From Adineta vaga (lineage: Eukaryota; Animalia; Rotifera), in the NCBI GenBank assembly GCA_021613535.1, contig CP075495.1, forward strand, positions 9,920,001-9,984,000: a stretch of 64,000 nt of DNA. The letters are read 5' to 3'. Position 1 is the stretch's first letter. Each line of letters starts with the position of its first letter. Below the pieces are notes generated by a model, which saw nothing but the letters and a program-made list of their open reading frames with translations, made no database searches and was not told where the DNA came from. Made by a program: the position numbers and the translations under genes. Positions 1-17,821 of this stretch are shown here, piece by piece.

Positions 1-1266
1 ATACACACCTCAAACATTAACTACCATTATCACTTCGATTTCTTCTTCTTTATACTACTGTCTTTCTGTTCTTCTTCATCTTTTTTTCTTATACACTTAT
101 AAAGATAATCAGTTGCATATTGAGAATGATGCTACTATAGTATACTGATGTTGTTGTGTGCGTAGATATGTTTATCCACTAAGCACCGCTTCTTTTCCCA
201 ACACGTCATTAACGCCGTTTTCAAGTACGATCGAACGACTGTTATTGTTGTTTTTTTTTCTTCTTTTACGAAGGAAATATGTAGATCAATTACAGATTGT
301 CTATATAATTATTTCGTCACAAAGAGAAACAGAAGTTCATCTCCAAAGTCAACCTTTCTATACTTTAGTTCTTTTTGTACAATGAAAATATTTGATCAAG
401 ACAATAGATTGATATGAAAAGAAAAAAGGACGAATTCTTTCTAATTAACAAGAACCAGTTTGTCAATTGATCGAATCATGTAAATGAGACATGAATCGAT
501 ATTGTTGATGTATACATGCATTTATATACTAGTGGAATAGTAATAGATAGAAGAGAGTAGTGGTAACGAAAAGCCAATTAACAAGAAGGAAAAGACACAC
601 CATCTGGCAGTATCCCGATGATGAGAACAGGAGGATCATGTTATGATGATATATGAGCAAACAACAACTTTTATCATTTCTAAATGCACGAAGATCAAGT
701 GAAGAAAAGAAAGAAAGAATACGTCAAGTCATTATCAACAATGAAAAGGGTCAGAAAAGCATCGTATAGTCTAGAAAATAAGACGTAATTCGAGCTTTCG
801 AACTAGCCGATTGAACACATGTGTTTGCTTGTTCAGTAAGTCGTCTCAAGCATTATACAATATCTACATACCGTAAATGAAGAATGACATATATGATAGT
901 AACAACAATGGATTTTACTAATCGACTCTGACAAGTAGTAGCAGTATTTCCTGTCGTCGTTATAGTTGTACTCTATCCATCTATCATTCAACGCAATGAC
1001 TGTTCATTAGAAGCTCTTTTTTTCCTCTCCTTTTCTTTTTGCTATGTCTTTTTTTATGATGTGCCTATGTGTAAACAAGCAACGATGATCTGTATCTGTC
1101 TTTTTACGTTAGTCGAAGTAGAGAAATATTGGAAGAAAAAGGAAGCTCAACCTTGGTACATATACAAAAGCCAGCAGTTACAGTGCCCAGTAACACATTT
1201 ATATTGATACAATCCTCATGTGTGACATTTTGTCAATTACAACATACTTTACAGTTTAGTACATAA

Positions 1267-1286
1267 ATATATATATATATATATAT
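1267..1286 (+). repeat. (AT)n microsatellite
   Basis: atatatatatatatatatat run visible directly. Confidence 0.8.
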
Positions 1287-2332
1287 CGAAGTAGAAGAAA
1301 GTATACAAGGATTCTTTTAATAACTTTGATAATAGACTCATTTTCATAAATTAGAGAAAAACTAATTAAATAGATGGATAACAAATCACATACAGATGGA
1401 GTCAGATCTGATTCTTTTCATCCGAATAAGAAAATTGACACGATTACCTTGAACGTCGTCGATCTATGATTGTATCAATATGATAGAATTAGTCAAATAA
1501 CAGCACGGGTGTCAACATACGATGAAAATCCAAAGTGTCACTGAATATTGAGATACGACAGGACACAATTGTTAAAGAGAGAAAATGATATAACGATAAA
1601 ACTCCGCCCGTTCGGAAAAGAAATAACCAAATCGATGTTTCCACAAGAGAGAGACAGAGCAGTTGCACTCTATCAGCATCAACAAGAAAGAAATATAACA
1701 ACTGCTATTCTTTCTCTTGCTCTCTCTCTCTTTGTTCGTCTTCTTCTCCTTCTAACTAACTAACTAACTAGCAAGCAAACCATCAGCATATGCGTATATA
1801 TCAAAATGAGTCGAAAGATTGATCACTTTGAATACTCAGCATGATGTCTACAACTGATGATCATTATAAATCTAAGTTAGAAATCAAAACAAGAACAACA
1901 GTAATGTTCATCAAATATATTTCTAACATCGAAGAAAAACAATTTACCATTGATGAAGTTTATAATGATGTATCAACAGATTGAATTGCTGATGATTTAC
2001 TCAAAAATTAGTGATGTGCTTGTTTTTTTTTCTTTCTCTTCTAATTGAAACAATCGGATGAAATCATCACATTTTGTTTATTGTTTCAATATCAAGCTTT
2101 ATTGCCTCTATTTATCGACAATTGAAATAAAAGATACTTCTCTTAACATAATCAATATGAATTTTGTCGATAATTTAACAAAGAATACAATCGTTTTTGA
2201 TTATGAATGAATAACAATACCTATTTCTTTGTATTTAACTTATGAGATTGAATAAAAACTGGTAAATTTATTTTTCTTTTGAGATCAATCAATCACAGAT
2301 TTATAACTATATGATAAAAGAAGCAAACTATT

Positions 2333-2943
2333 TTAATCCGGATCAAAAAGACGTTGTGCAACATCATTTACAACCCATTCAATTCCTTCTAAAAGATTTT
2401 GTCCAGTTAATGCTGAACATGGCATCACAGTCCAGTGATGTTTATGTATAGAATCCAATTCTAATAATGTTCGAATTTCTTGTAATGAACATGCACCAAC
2501 AACATCTTGTTTATTTGCAAAGACAAGAAGTGATGAACCCATCAGACGTTCTTCTTTAAGTAAATCATGAAGTTCAGAACGACATTCACCTAGTCGCATT
2601 TTATCAATACTATCAACAACCCAAATAATTGCTTCAGTTGCTTCAAAATAATTACGCCAATAAGATCGAAGTGATTTTTGTCCACCTAAAAATATACACA
2701 AATTCTCTTCTAAAAGTGGCGAGAAAAGTCTTTCTACCTACCCACATCCCAAACATTAAGTACATAGTCTGCATAATTAAATGTTTTTATATTAAATCCA
2801 AGTGTTGGTGCAACAGAATCAATTTCTTCACCATTAATTCTCGATAAAATAGTCGATTTTCCTGCATTATCAAGTCCAACAAGTAATAAACGCATTTCTT
2901 TTTCTTTTCGACGTAATTTTTTTAGAATGCTCAAAAGTACCAT
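2333..2943 (-). CDS. ARL2: ADP-ribosylation factor-like GTPase 2; 2 exons (2943-2742, 2685-2333)
   Basis: [31 protein letters not shown] (P-loop), WDVG|[27 protein letters not shown] 56-nt GT-AG intron (2741-2686) joins the two ORFs in frame. Confidence 0.95.
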
Positions 2944-3207
2944 TGTGTTTTCTCTTCGATAATGAATGCAATTGATCTACAGTCATACGTATAATAAATC
3001 AAACGAGAAAAATCAAAGAAAAAAAATGAATTATTATTATTATTTTTACCAAACGAAAAAGAGAGAGAGAGAGAAAGAGGAAGAGAAAGAGAAAGATCCT
3101 TACAAACACACAAATAAAATTTTTTATTGAAAGAAGAGAAAAAAATGAAAACGAGCAAAAGAGATCGAATTGCTGCCAAATATTTTATGGAAGGAAAATA
3201 GAAGCCA

Positions 3208-7757
<4,550 letters not shown>

Positions 7758-10087
7758 GGTATGTAATTATAAGGAAACGAAATCAGATTCAAACCATATA
7801 CCAATACGAAGAATAATCTGATCGTAAAATAACACTCATCATACAAACATTGGAATGAATGACATTCAACAATAGCAATGTGCATTACTTCAACCATTTT
7901 TCTCGCTTATTTTTTTATCTTTCATCATTCCAAGCGCACTAGTCTAATACCTGCTATGGTATTACATATCTTGCTCTTTTTCTCTGCCTTTTGATTTCAA
8001 TCATGGGTAGGAGAAAAGAATTATGATGATTTATGATCCATCCAACAATAAGAGAGCAATAGGGAGAAGAAAATGCAAGCGAGAATTTTTTTACATTTAT
8101 AAAATACCATCTGTTATTTTATTTCTATTTTTATGGTTTACTTACTGCCTTCGGACAAGACGGAACTTTGAGAATATGAATACTGTCGTCGAGTTGTGGG
8201 ATCAAGACATATACGATGCTAGAAAAGAAAAATAATCAAAATAAGATGAAGAATTTTTTCGAAATTAGTGTTCATCGAAAAATAAATCAATAATAATAAT
8301 AATACGAGAAGACAACAAACGATTGTATTGATTTATCTTTATGACCAAAACAAAATTTTAATGGATTTTGATCAGAGAGTAAATGGCATCTGAAGAACTC
8401 TTAACGTTAAGTTAATTTGAAAAAAATTTAGACTTTATATAAACATAATGGTTTTCTGAGGTTTCCGATTTTCAAGAAGCACTCCAAAGTTAAAGTGTAT
8501 ACTTTTGCAGAATACCATTCATTTATGCGCTCATTATTTGTATATACAACTGATTTTTTTACATAGAGTTTTGGAAAAGTTTAAGGGCAAAATTTTCGTC
8601 TTAGGCAGTAAATAAATAGCCTTGATAAGGTCAACAAGAACGCGTATAGTCACGTATCTGCGAAATGTGACTAAGGGAGTATGGAGAAACTATTTTTCAG
8701 CATATTATACATTTAATAACATTATTTGTATAAAAGATTCAAAACTCGTCATCTGAAATAGTATAAGTAACATCGGTTATGATAGCTGTAAATCAACGGC
8801 GATATTTTCATCTAAACGATTACAAATGATTTCTAAGACTTCTTTTTCATTATAAACATTCATTATCTAGAAAAACAAATATAAATTCAAACATCTCATA
8901 TGACGCCGAAAGATTATTTTCTACATCAGTCGAGTTCTACAATTTAATTTCATAGAAATATACTTTTTCTCAAATTACTTAAAGTGAATCATCAACCTTT
9001 GATAAAACATGACAATGTTCTGATCTTATTTCTCCCAGAAAAAGTCCTTTCTTCACATCCTGTCATAAAAAATAACGACTTTAAATTCATTCAAATCACA
9101 CTCGAATAATCGTATTACATTCCTTTTTTTTCTCCTGCAAAACTGTTCTTATCAATTGAAATTCTACATCAAATAATCATTATTAAAAAATGATTACTTG
9201 TCTAGTTGGTAAATATTTAAATGAAATCCAATTCTGAATATATTCAAGTACAAAATCTTATCAAATAACTTCTATATTTACTTTTCTTATACTCAATATC
9301 AATCAATTCATACACGAATCTGACAAGCAAATTATTGTCTTTCATAGAAATGACATATATGTATTCTAATCATATTTTATATTCATCTTCTTTAATCTAA
9401 TATAATTATCTCCGTTATCTTCTCCTTTCGTCATATAACATGAAGAAGAAAGAAAACTCTCAAAATGACGAACACACATATTGATTATGTCTTCGTTCAT
9501 ATCTCGTTTTTCCGGTTATTTTCGTTGACGAACGTCAACTATGAATCAATATGCGTCACAATTTATAACAATTGCAAAATAACATCTGACACTTGCATGA
9601 ATGCATATGTTCTAGTCATTTCTTCTCTTTCTTCACATTCGATTACATTACGCTCTACTAGGAGTATTAAAATGATTGGATGGATATACAGAAAAATAAA
9701 TTGTAAAAAACGAGAAGAAATTGATGTCTGCAAATAAAAAAAATGAAGAAAACGATTCGTTCGAATAGAAAGAACAATATCAGAATAATCGCTGAAATAT
9801 ACGGAATATAAAGAAACAGAAAGAGCGTTTAAAAACCGACGTAACTATTATTATGCGAATATAATCATAATTGTCAGAAAAAAAGAGAAATTTTATGAGC
9901 AGAACGTTCTTTGTTCGAGTTCATCCTTACGCACGCATACTTTTTTAAAAGACAAGACTAACGAAATGACTAAAAAAAACATCGCCATCATTATCATAAA
10001 AACCCTACTGCGTATTCTTTTCTTCTAGAAAGGACATAATTTGAAGGTGAAATAGAATTGAAAGAAAAACATTATCAATGCACCCAC

Positions 10088-10360
10088 CGGTTGTCGAATA
10101 GTTTCAGTATTGGGAGTTGTTGCGTTTATTGTTAAATCATTTTCTGATGTTTCAGATTGCATTGGATTAGGCGCATCTCGACCATCAAGACTTAACACTG
10201 GTAGAATACCATGAGATTTATTTTGAGGAAGAGGCGCGATTTGTGAAACACTTGGGACATTGTAAAGAATTTTGTTTTCGTTGGATTTATTGATTGGTGG
10301 TGGTGGATTATTTTTCGCTGCTTTTCGCGAAGCCTTACTTGATTTTTTGAATCCAAACAT
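10088..10360 (-). CDS. Probable distal alternative first coding exon of the AHCYL/IRBIT gene (MFGFKKSSKASRK...)
   Basis: 91 open codons from an ATG to a phase-0 gtgggt donor. Basic, Pro-rich and disordered composition; same strand and upstream of AHCYL. Linkage to AHCYL is inferred. Confidence 0.5.
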
Positions 10361-11189
10361 TTCTTTTTGTTGATGTTCAATAATACTCAAGAATATTTCT
10401 ACAATATTACTAATAGGAAGATGGATCGACTCGACATAGCTTGATTCGTCTGATCATCATCAGTACAATCTCATACATGCCTCTCTCACACACATACATA
10501 CAAACGTACAGCATAGGCACGCGCGTCCGTTATGTCAACTCCTCTCTTTTTCTTTTTTTCTCTCTGCTTTAGGTTTAGTACTGCTTGCTTGGCATGTATC
10601 AAACAACGAGCGGTCGTTCGCTCGATGACGACGGAAGAGAGAGAAAAAAAAAGAAATAGAGTGCAATAGGATAGAGTGAGAGAAATGGCGAAAAAATGCT
10701 TACATGAGGTCGCGTAATAACTATGGGGAAGAGAAAAAGACAGAACGCGCATACAGAACAACTGTTAGCGTCAAAGGCAACTGAGCTAAAATGGACCAAA
10801 CAAAATAACTCAAATAAAATCTTATTCTTTTATCATTGATCAATTTTGATATGTTCTTACAAATTTACGATTTTTCTTCTTCTTCTTCTTTCTTTTTTTG
10901 ACATAAATTTTTGCTTCTATTACTTTCGAAAATGATTCGAAAAGAAAACAGTTGTACATGTAAAATTTAACGTATAAAAATACACAAAACTGTCATGTGT
11001 ATACAGCTGATAAGGAAATCTTTAAACACGAACATACGCCCATCTGTTCTTTCTACGTGTCGAAGAAATATTACATTTAGAATAAACGAACGCAAGACAC
11101 CTGATGAAATAACTTCACGTTTTAAAACGTAATATACAACGTGATAAAATCAAAGGAAATGATGAGTCAATAAAAACATGATATCTTAC

Positions 11190-11453
11190 TTCAGTTGTTG
11201 TTGCCGCTCCTATTGTTGTTGTTGTTGTTGTTGATGTCGTTGCCGTTTGTTTCGCTGCTGTTTTTCTTCCAGATAAAGATTTAATTGAATGTCTAGTCGG
11301 TGCTCGTCGTCGTATACTTGCTTGATGATCATCGTTCGTTTCATCGTCTAGAAATATATCATCATCACCAACTTCATTTGTCGCTTTTGCTGATTGCCGT
11401 TTAGAAACTAGTCGTTGAGATTCTTCGACAGACTCGTTACGTAGACGGTTCAT
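11190..11453 (-). CDS. Probable distal alternative first coding exon of the AHCYL/IRBIT gene (MNRLRNESVEES...)
   Basis: 88 open codons from an ATG to a phase-0 gtaaga donor. Hydrophilic, with a poly-Thr tract and a pyrimidine tract/AG just before the ATG. Linkage to AHCYL is inferred. Confidence 0.5.
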
Positions 11454-13904
11454 ACTATTATTTAGAAAAGAAAAGAGTAATATTGAAATAACAGTTATTA
11501 GAAAAATATAACCACATTGTTTTTACTATATAAATTATCTCTCTATATAATATTTCTCTCAGACAAATAAGACTAAAATTGTTAACAGTTGGCAGACTTA
11601 CAATTTTTTTCTACAAAAAAAAAGTGATGAACATTTATTCTATCAGTAGCGCACAGGAAGAAAAACTAACCATAAAAAAGATTTCTTTGTGCATTGTAAC
11701 GGAAATAGCAGTTTTTAAAACCTAAACAACTGGAAAAAATGATACTTACATAAATACGATCAAAGATAATCAATGCTATTGATCGATAGCTAATTGTGTC
11801 TCAAATACAATTCAGAATAAAGCATAGATTTCTATCACTATTTTCAAAAATTTTCATGGAAGTTAAATTACCTGAAAATGTCTCTCGAACTTGGTATCTT
11901 TACTGTCATATAAAGCAATCAGAAGAGTTAGATTGCTCATAAGTATTCAGGAGAAAACGTGAGCAATAGATGAAACCTATTTAAAAAAAACGAATCTAAC
12001 TGATTAATCATGCAATATAAGTAAGGAAAACATCAAATAGCGATAGCAAAAAGCATTGGTTTAATCATGGTGTTGTTCTTTCGGGTAGATTTATTAGAAT
12101 GAGGAATATTCTTTTCTTGATCTTTTTTTGTTTACATGTGGTCTCATTGAAAATCTACCAATAATGTATCATAGGGATATATAGTTTGTAGGAAAAAAAA
12201 CGCAAGCTCTGTCGATCAAAGTCACGAGCATTAATGATGTCTCATTCATTTTCTTTTATCAGGGAGCCGATGATGCCAATGAGATGAGTCCATTCTTAAT
12301 GAGACTCATTTCATCTTCGTCCAATATGCCTAGAAGAATCATAAGAGAAGGTTTTATCTATCATGAATTTTTCTTCTTCGTTTTTTTTATTTATCACTCT
12401 CATGAGAAATCAATCAATTTGTTTACCTCGTTGATTACAATCACGAAAAAAGGTTACTGCAGCTTCTTTGACAATTCGACTTTGTGTATTTGTACCATTT
12501 TCATTGTTGTTCACATTCATCATTTCGTCAACTTGAACTATTATTTGTTTTAGAAAAAAAAGAACAATATTATCATCATCTTCTTTTTCTCTCTATCATC
12601 ATCTTACTTTCATGTAATGTTGCATTTATATAGGATGTTTTAAGACTTCGGTTTCTATTATCTAGATGAGAAAGAAACAAAACAAGAAAAGGACTGAGGT
12701 AATCAGATATTCTTTCCGTTTCAAAGATTACCTAGCGAAAAGCTTCGAGCGACAAGTAATTGCGCAGTTGTTCGTTTAGCACGATCGTTTTTTATCATAG
12801 AGAATAAACGAGAATGCGTATCCTGAAATCAGAATAAGAATCATATTTTTAGACATTTACTTTCAAGACATTCAAGGATCTTGTTCAAGGATAAAATAAC
12901 TACATTTATCACTTTCTGATCCAAGAACTACATAAAAACGTCTTCTTTGTTGATACGAATTCATCAATCATCATCGATGTCTAATGGTGTGAAGGAGATT
13001 TAGCAAAGAAAAATAATTAATAAAATGACTTTCATCAATTAGATTTCATTTGAAACTATCGTTAGTGTCGTTGTTTTTACTCGTTTATTGCATGACAATG
13101 AAGGTAGGAATATAATGAATTAATATCAATAAGTCAGCGGTACGATTAATAGGCGAATGTTTTCTAATAGATTTCCGCTATTTATTCGTAAAAGTAAAAC
13201 ATAGAAAACCGCTTGTTTAATCTATTAATTTTAAGATACTTTCTAGAAATCATACTTTTTCGCGTTTTAAATCAATCCGATGGAAGTTCTATATTATAAT
13301 TAGACAATTAGTTCATTAAAGATAGAAATTCTAGTAAATGAATGAGCAGAGAGTAAATAGTATAGAATCATATCTATGAAGAATTTCTATTTCTCTTTTT
13401 TGTTATTTTTCTCATTGTTTCGAACTAATTATATCTGAAGTATCTAAATAAAATAGAAATTGTTCATATTATAAGAATTATTTTACTCATTATATACACT
13501 CGATATGAGATTTTCAAGTATATTACAACTAAGTATGGAACCATCTTCGAATATTGTTCTTTTTGCGTTACTTCCGATTTTTATTATCATTGCTTGAACA
13601 ATATTTTTTGTTCTAGTAGGTCGATTTTTTCATAATGTAGATTGAATTTCTATTTGTCGTCAACAAGATTTTCTTTTCATTACATTACGTGTGTTTGTCA
13701 AGTGCGTTTTAGTTTCAAAAAGCTCTTTGAATAAGTATAAATAAACTATGATGTCTTTTCTTTTTCTTTATGCATCATATCTATTGTTTAGGATATGAAT
13801 GAAATCTATCTAATTTATCTCTGCTAGGAATATGAATATAACTTCGGATGTTGAACTTATATTTAGAAGAACATTATTCAAGCATAAATCATCAAATTAT
13901 ATAT

Positions 13905-16900
13905 TAATAAATTGAATTCAATGAGTTCTTAGAACATTCTATTAGGTACTTCATCTATCTAATTAGATATTGTTGAAAGAGAGAATTTTTCTTACTGAAT
14001 TCGTATTTGGTAACATTAGAATAAGCTGTTCTTTCATTGCATAAGATTTCGAATCATTATCTAATTCTAAAAATGAAAACAAAGAATGAGATTGTAAATA
14101 ATTTCACATGTAATTCTTTTACCAAGAATAACTCGTTCGACGAATTCTTCTGTTAATGTCAAAATATTTTGATCTATAGCCATAATAAATCGATCAAATG
14201 ACAAAACACGAAATGACATTTCAAGTAAAGTTCGTTGAAGTTCTTGGAAAAACAAAATCAATATTTCAATAATATAAACAATAATATGATATTTACCATC
14301 TGTCGGTGAAAAACCTAATTCCACCACTGCTATATATATCTTTTCAATAATCACAAGTAATGTTTTATATTTTTCCGATGATGATCTTACAATTCATTAA
14401 AGAAAAAGAATTAATTAATATTCAGAACAAACATTTCGAAAGATATTTATACTCATGATCATCGTCACTTAATGGTTGTTTACTTTTATATCCTGCTAAT
14501 TGTGTAAATAATTCAATAAGACGATTACATTGAATTTGCTAGAATTGAGCAAATGAAATAGTTGATATGAATAGACAACGTTTTCTTACAGTGGCTTGTA
14601 CGTATTCATATGCTAATTCTTTGATACGTCCTTGTTCCCAACTTGGATGTAATTGTTGCAATTCCAAAGAAACATTATTGAATAGCTAAATTCAACGAAA
14701 ATTTTCGATTTTGACTCGATCAATTCTATATTTACATTTTCATTTTTTGCATCCAATAATAACATCGATTTCGGATTATCATTTGTATTTAAAGTAATAG
14801 AATTTGATGATGATGATTTTCTAATTAGATTTTATATAAGATAAATTTCACTAGTCAAAATCTTTTACCGTTGTCGTTCGAACGAAAAGAATCTAATAGT
14901 TGATGATCGTCGTGTTGTTGGAATTGGCAATGAAGCAGTTGTTCCTGCAGATGAACGACGATTCGAAGTGAATTCATTTGTAATATCATTGTTGAAATCA
15001 TTATCATCTGTACTCGTCATGATCGGATGTGAATAGGAAACTTTATGACGATATCGACGAGATAAATCGAAGGATGATCGAAGTTTATCATAATATTCTT
15101 TATCAATATTTGTTGTTCCACTAGGTTCAGGTCCATGCTCACGATGATGAGCAAATGGTTGAATAACTATCTAAAAGATCATATTTGATTTTATGATTAA
15201 ATTTTCGACAAAAAAAAACGTGTATGTTTTACATCAGTATGATTAGCATGTCGTGTATTGACAGTTGTTGCAGGAAAAACTAAGACATATTTATCATGAT
15301 GAATACGTTTTGAAAGACGAGTAAAAATTAAGCCTAAACGATAAAAAAAAGAAAAAATGATATATTCTTTTTTATCTAAAAATACCTGTAAGAATTTCTT
15401 TTAAATATGCTTTTGTATTTAAATCATTATACATATGAAATAAAATCTTTTCTAATATATGTGCTAACATATCATTATCTTTTGATGCAACTAATGTGTA
15501 AGCAATAGTCGATTCAATTGTTGATGATGAAATTGTTTTGATTAATTCTTCAGCATTGATTTCGATACTATATGTAAAAAGATTTTTCTTTTCATAGAGA
15601 AGCGTTGTTGTTCGATTGAGTAGACCACGTTGAGTTGTATATTTGGTATCGTATGGTAAACTAATACCATCATGTGGAAAAAAGAGATGATTAACGAAAT
15701 TCAATCGAACATTAAAATTAAGTAAATGAACAAATTCACCACGTAAAACAGAAAATACGTAATCACCTTCTAAAACATATAATTGAAAAGAAATCATGTT
15801 AGATTAGATTAAGAAAATGGTATGTTTGTTTCAAATGTTTTACCAAGTAAACCAAAATGTACTTTACGAGATTGAAATATTTCTCGACTATCACGATTCA
15901 ATGTTTTAGATATGTATAGACTACGACCTAGAATATACATGAAGTTCATTTCGAAAAGAATTCATCTATTCATTCAACTAACCATGACCAAGTGAAACAA
16001 CTGCATATTCAACTTTATCACTGTCTTCCTAAAATAAATATTCGACTTTTCATATGTGATAATAATTTATTTGTATTACTTGTATTACTCCTTGCCAACA
16101 AAGATATAAACTTGAATCATTTGAAATAATTTCAAAACTAGGTTGACTGGATGGTACAGCTATAAATATATATACATATATAGATATTTTATTTTGTTTA
16201 TGAATTCCTCATATGTTTTACTTGGTAGTTTTAAATCAAATTGAACTTTCATCTACAAATAGATATTTGTTTTTCAATAAAGAAAAGCACTGTCATTTAA
16301 TTATAATATGACTTACAATACTATCAAATTGACCTTTAGAATTAATAATATAAGCTGTATATAACAGTGATTCATAACCATTTGGTGATATAGTTTTAAT
16401 TGAATTTGATGAACGTTTTTGAATGACATGCAAACGTTGTTGAATAGTATCCCATTGATAGTAAACACATTCATTTAATTGTGCTTCTTTATCAACAGCA
16501 ACTGACTTATCCTATTCAATTGATTATCGATGTTTTAGAATTGAACTTTCAAAAACAAAAATAATCTTCTTACCATTGAATTTCCTCCACTATTAGGCAT
16601 TCGAAATAGAGTAATAGCTAAAATGAGAATATCAAGTTAAATTTAAATCATTTTCATTCGTATTTTCATACCATCTCGATAGAGTATTAAAATAACATCA
16701 TGAGATGCAATATATGCTCGTATAGGACTTGGACGTGAAAATCTCAATGAAAATAAACGACCTGAGTTGAGTAAACCAATTTCAGCAACATATGCATCAT
16801 AAGTGGATGATTCTATAGAATGAAAAATAAATCAACATAGACAAAAAATATTTTCTTAATTTGATTTTAGCATGTGAGCAAAAGCAAACCTGTCCGTGTT

Positions 16901-17387
16901 ACAAAACCTAATGTTAGTATCAGTAGAAAAGAAACTTATGGATAAGAAGAATAGTAACACTTACAACATAATGTTCGTGCTGAATTTAAACTAGCATGTG
17001 TGATTTTCACGGATGACGAATGACGATAGTAGATCTTTATTAAAATCAAAGAAGAGATCTATTCATTTGATATTATCTCATTACAAATACCTTTTGATCA
17101 CCATCACTTAATTGAACACCACCAATCAGAGTTCGAAGTGTTGTTGAATTCTATTTATTAATATATAAATCAATAAATTTAATGAATAAATAGATGATTA
17201 CTCGAGAAAGACTTCTACTGGTTGCAGAAAACAATAAAATACAGCCCTGTTCTATACCTAATATGGACACATTTTCCACATCGTTTAATAATACCGCTTT
17301 AAAAACGAAAAAGAAAATAAATTTAGTAGATAAATTTCATGAAGATTTTTTACATTGTTCGATTTGTTTTGTCGCAGTAAGAACCAT
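13905..17387 (-). CDS. GSAP: Gamma-secretase activating protein / pigeon homolog; many small exons, 3' end approximate
   Basis: EGDYVFSVLRGEFVHLLNFNVRLNFVNHLFF resembles recalled GSAP LDYYVAVYLPGHFFHLLNVQHPDLICHNLFL. FIMAIDQNILTLTEEFVERVI resembles LLHCIDSGVLLLTETAVIRLM. Probable start MVLTATKQIEQ at 17387. Confidence 0.75.
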
Positions 17388-17821
17388 TTTTGTCACGTTA
17401 TCACAACGAATTAACTCACTCAAACGATTTGTTTATAACTATGAATCATGTTACACCTTTCAATTTCAATGACTGGCTTGCTTTTCTTTTCCGTTGATAT
17501 ATCAACACTTCTACAGATGTCACACTTGTGCTTTATATTTTCGTGAGAAAAAAAGAATTCGCAATAACGTCACGAACACATAATAAGCGATCAATCATAG
17601 AATACTATAGTTTAACATTAAGCTTGTTTTCCACTAATGAGTTGATTCAATGTGAAAATAATCGTCTCTATTATGGTACATTTTGACTTCACTAGAGAAG
17701 AAAAAACAGGTGAAAACATGTATTATTTATCTTGATATTCTGACTTTTCTTTTTTCTTCTACAGAAAAAGAAAAGATCATTAATCTACAACATACGAACA
17801 TTGATCGTAGTCATTCTTAAT
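17388..17821. promoter_or_regulatory. Candidate bidirectional promoter between GSAP and the NHE gene
   Basis: Head-to-head ATGs separated by only about 434 bp. No specific element identified. Confidence 0.4.

Noticed and set aside
1-2300. Short ORFs (158-385, 1489-1701, 1548-1763) and donor-like sites near 600 and 1447 on the minus strand
   Set aside because: Low-complexity translations with no family motifs and no consistent exon chain. Probably UTR, intron or promoter of a gene outside the window.
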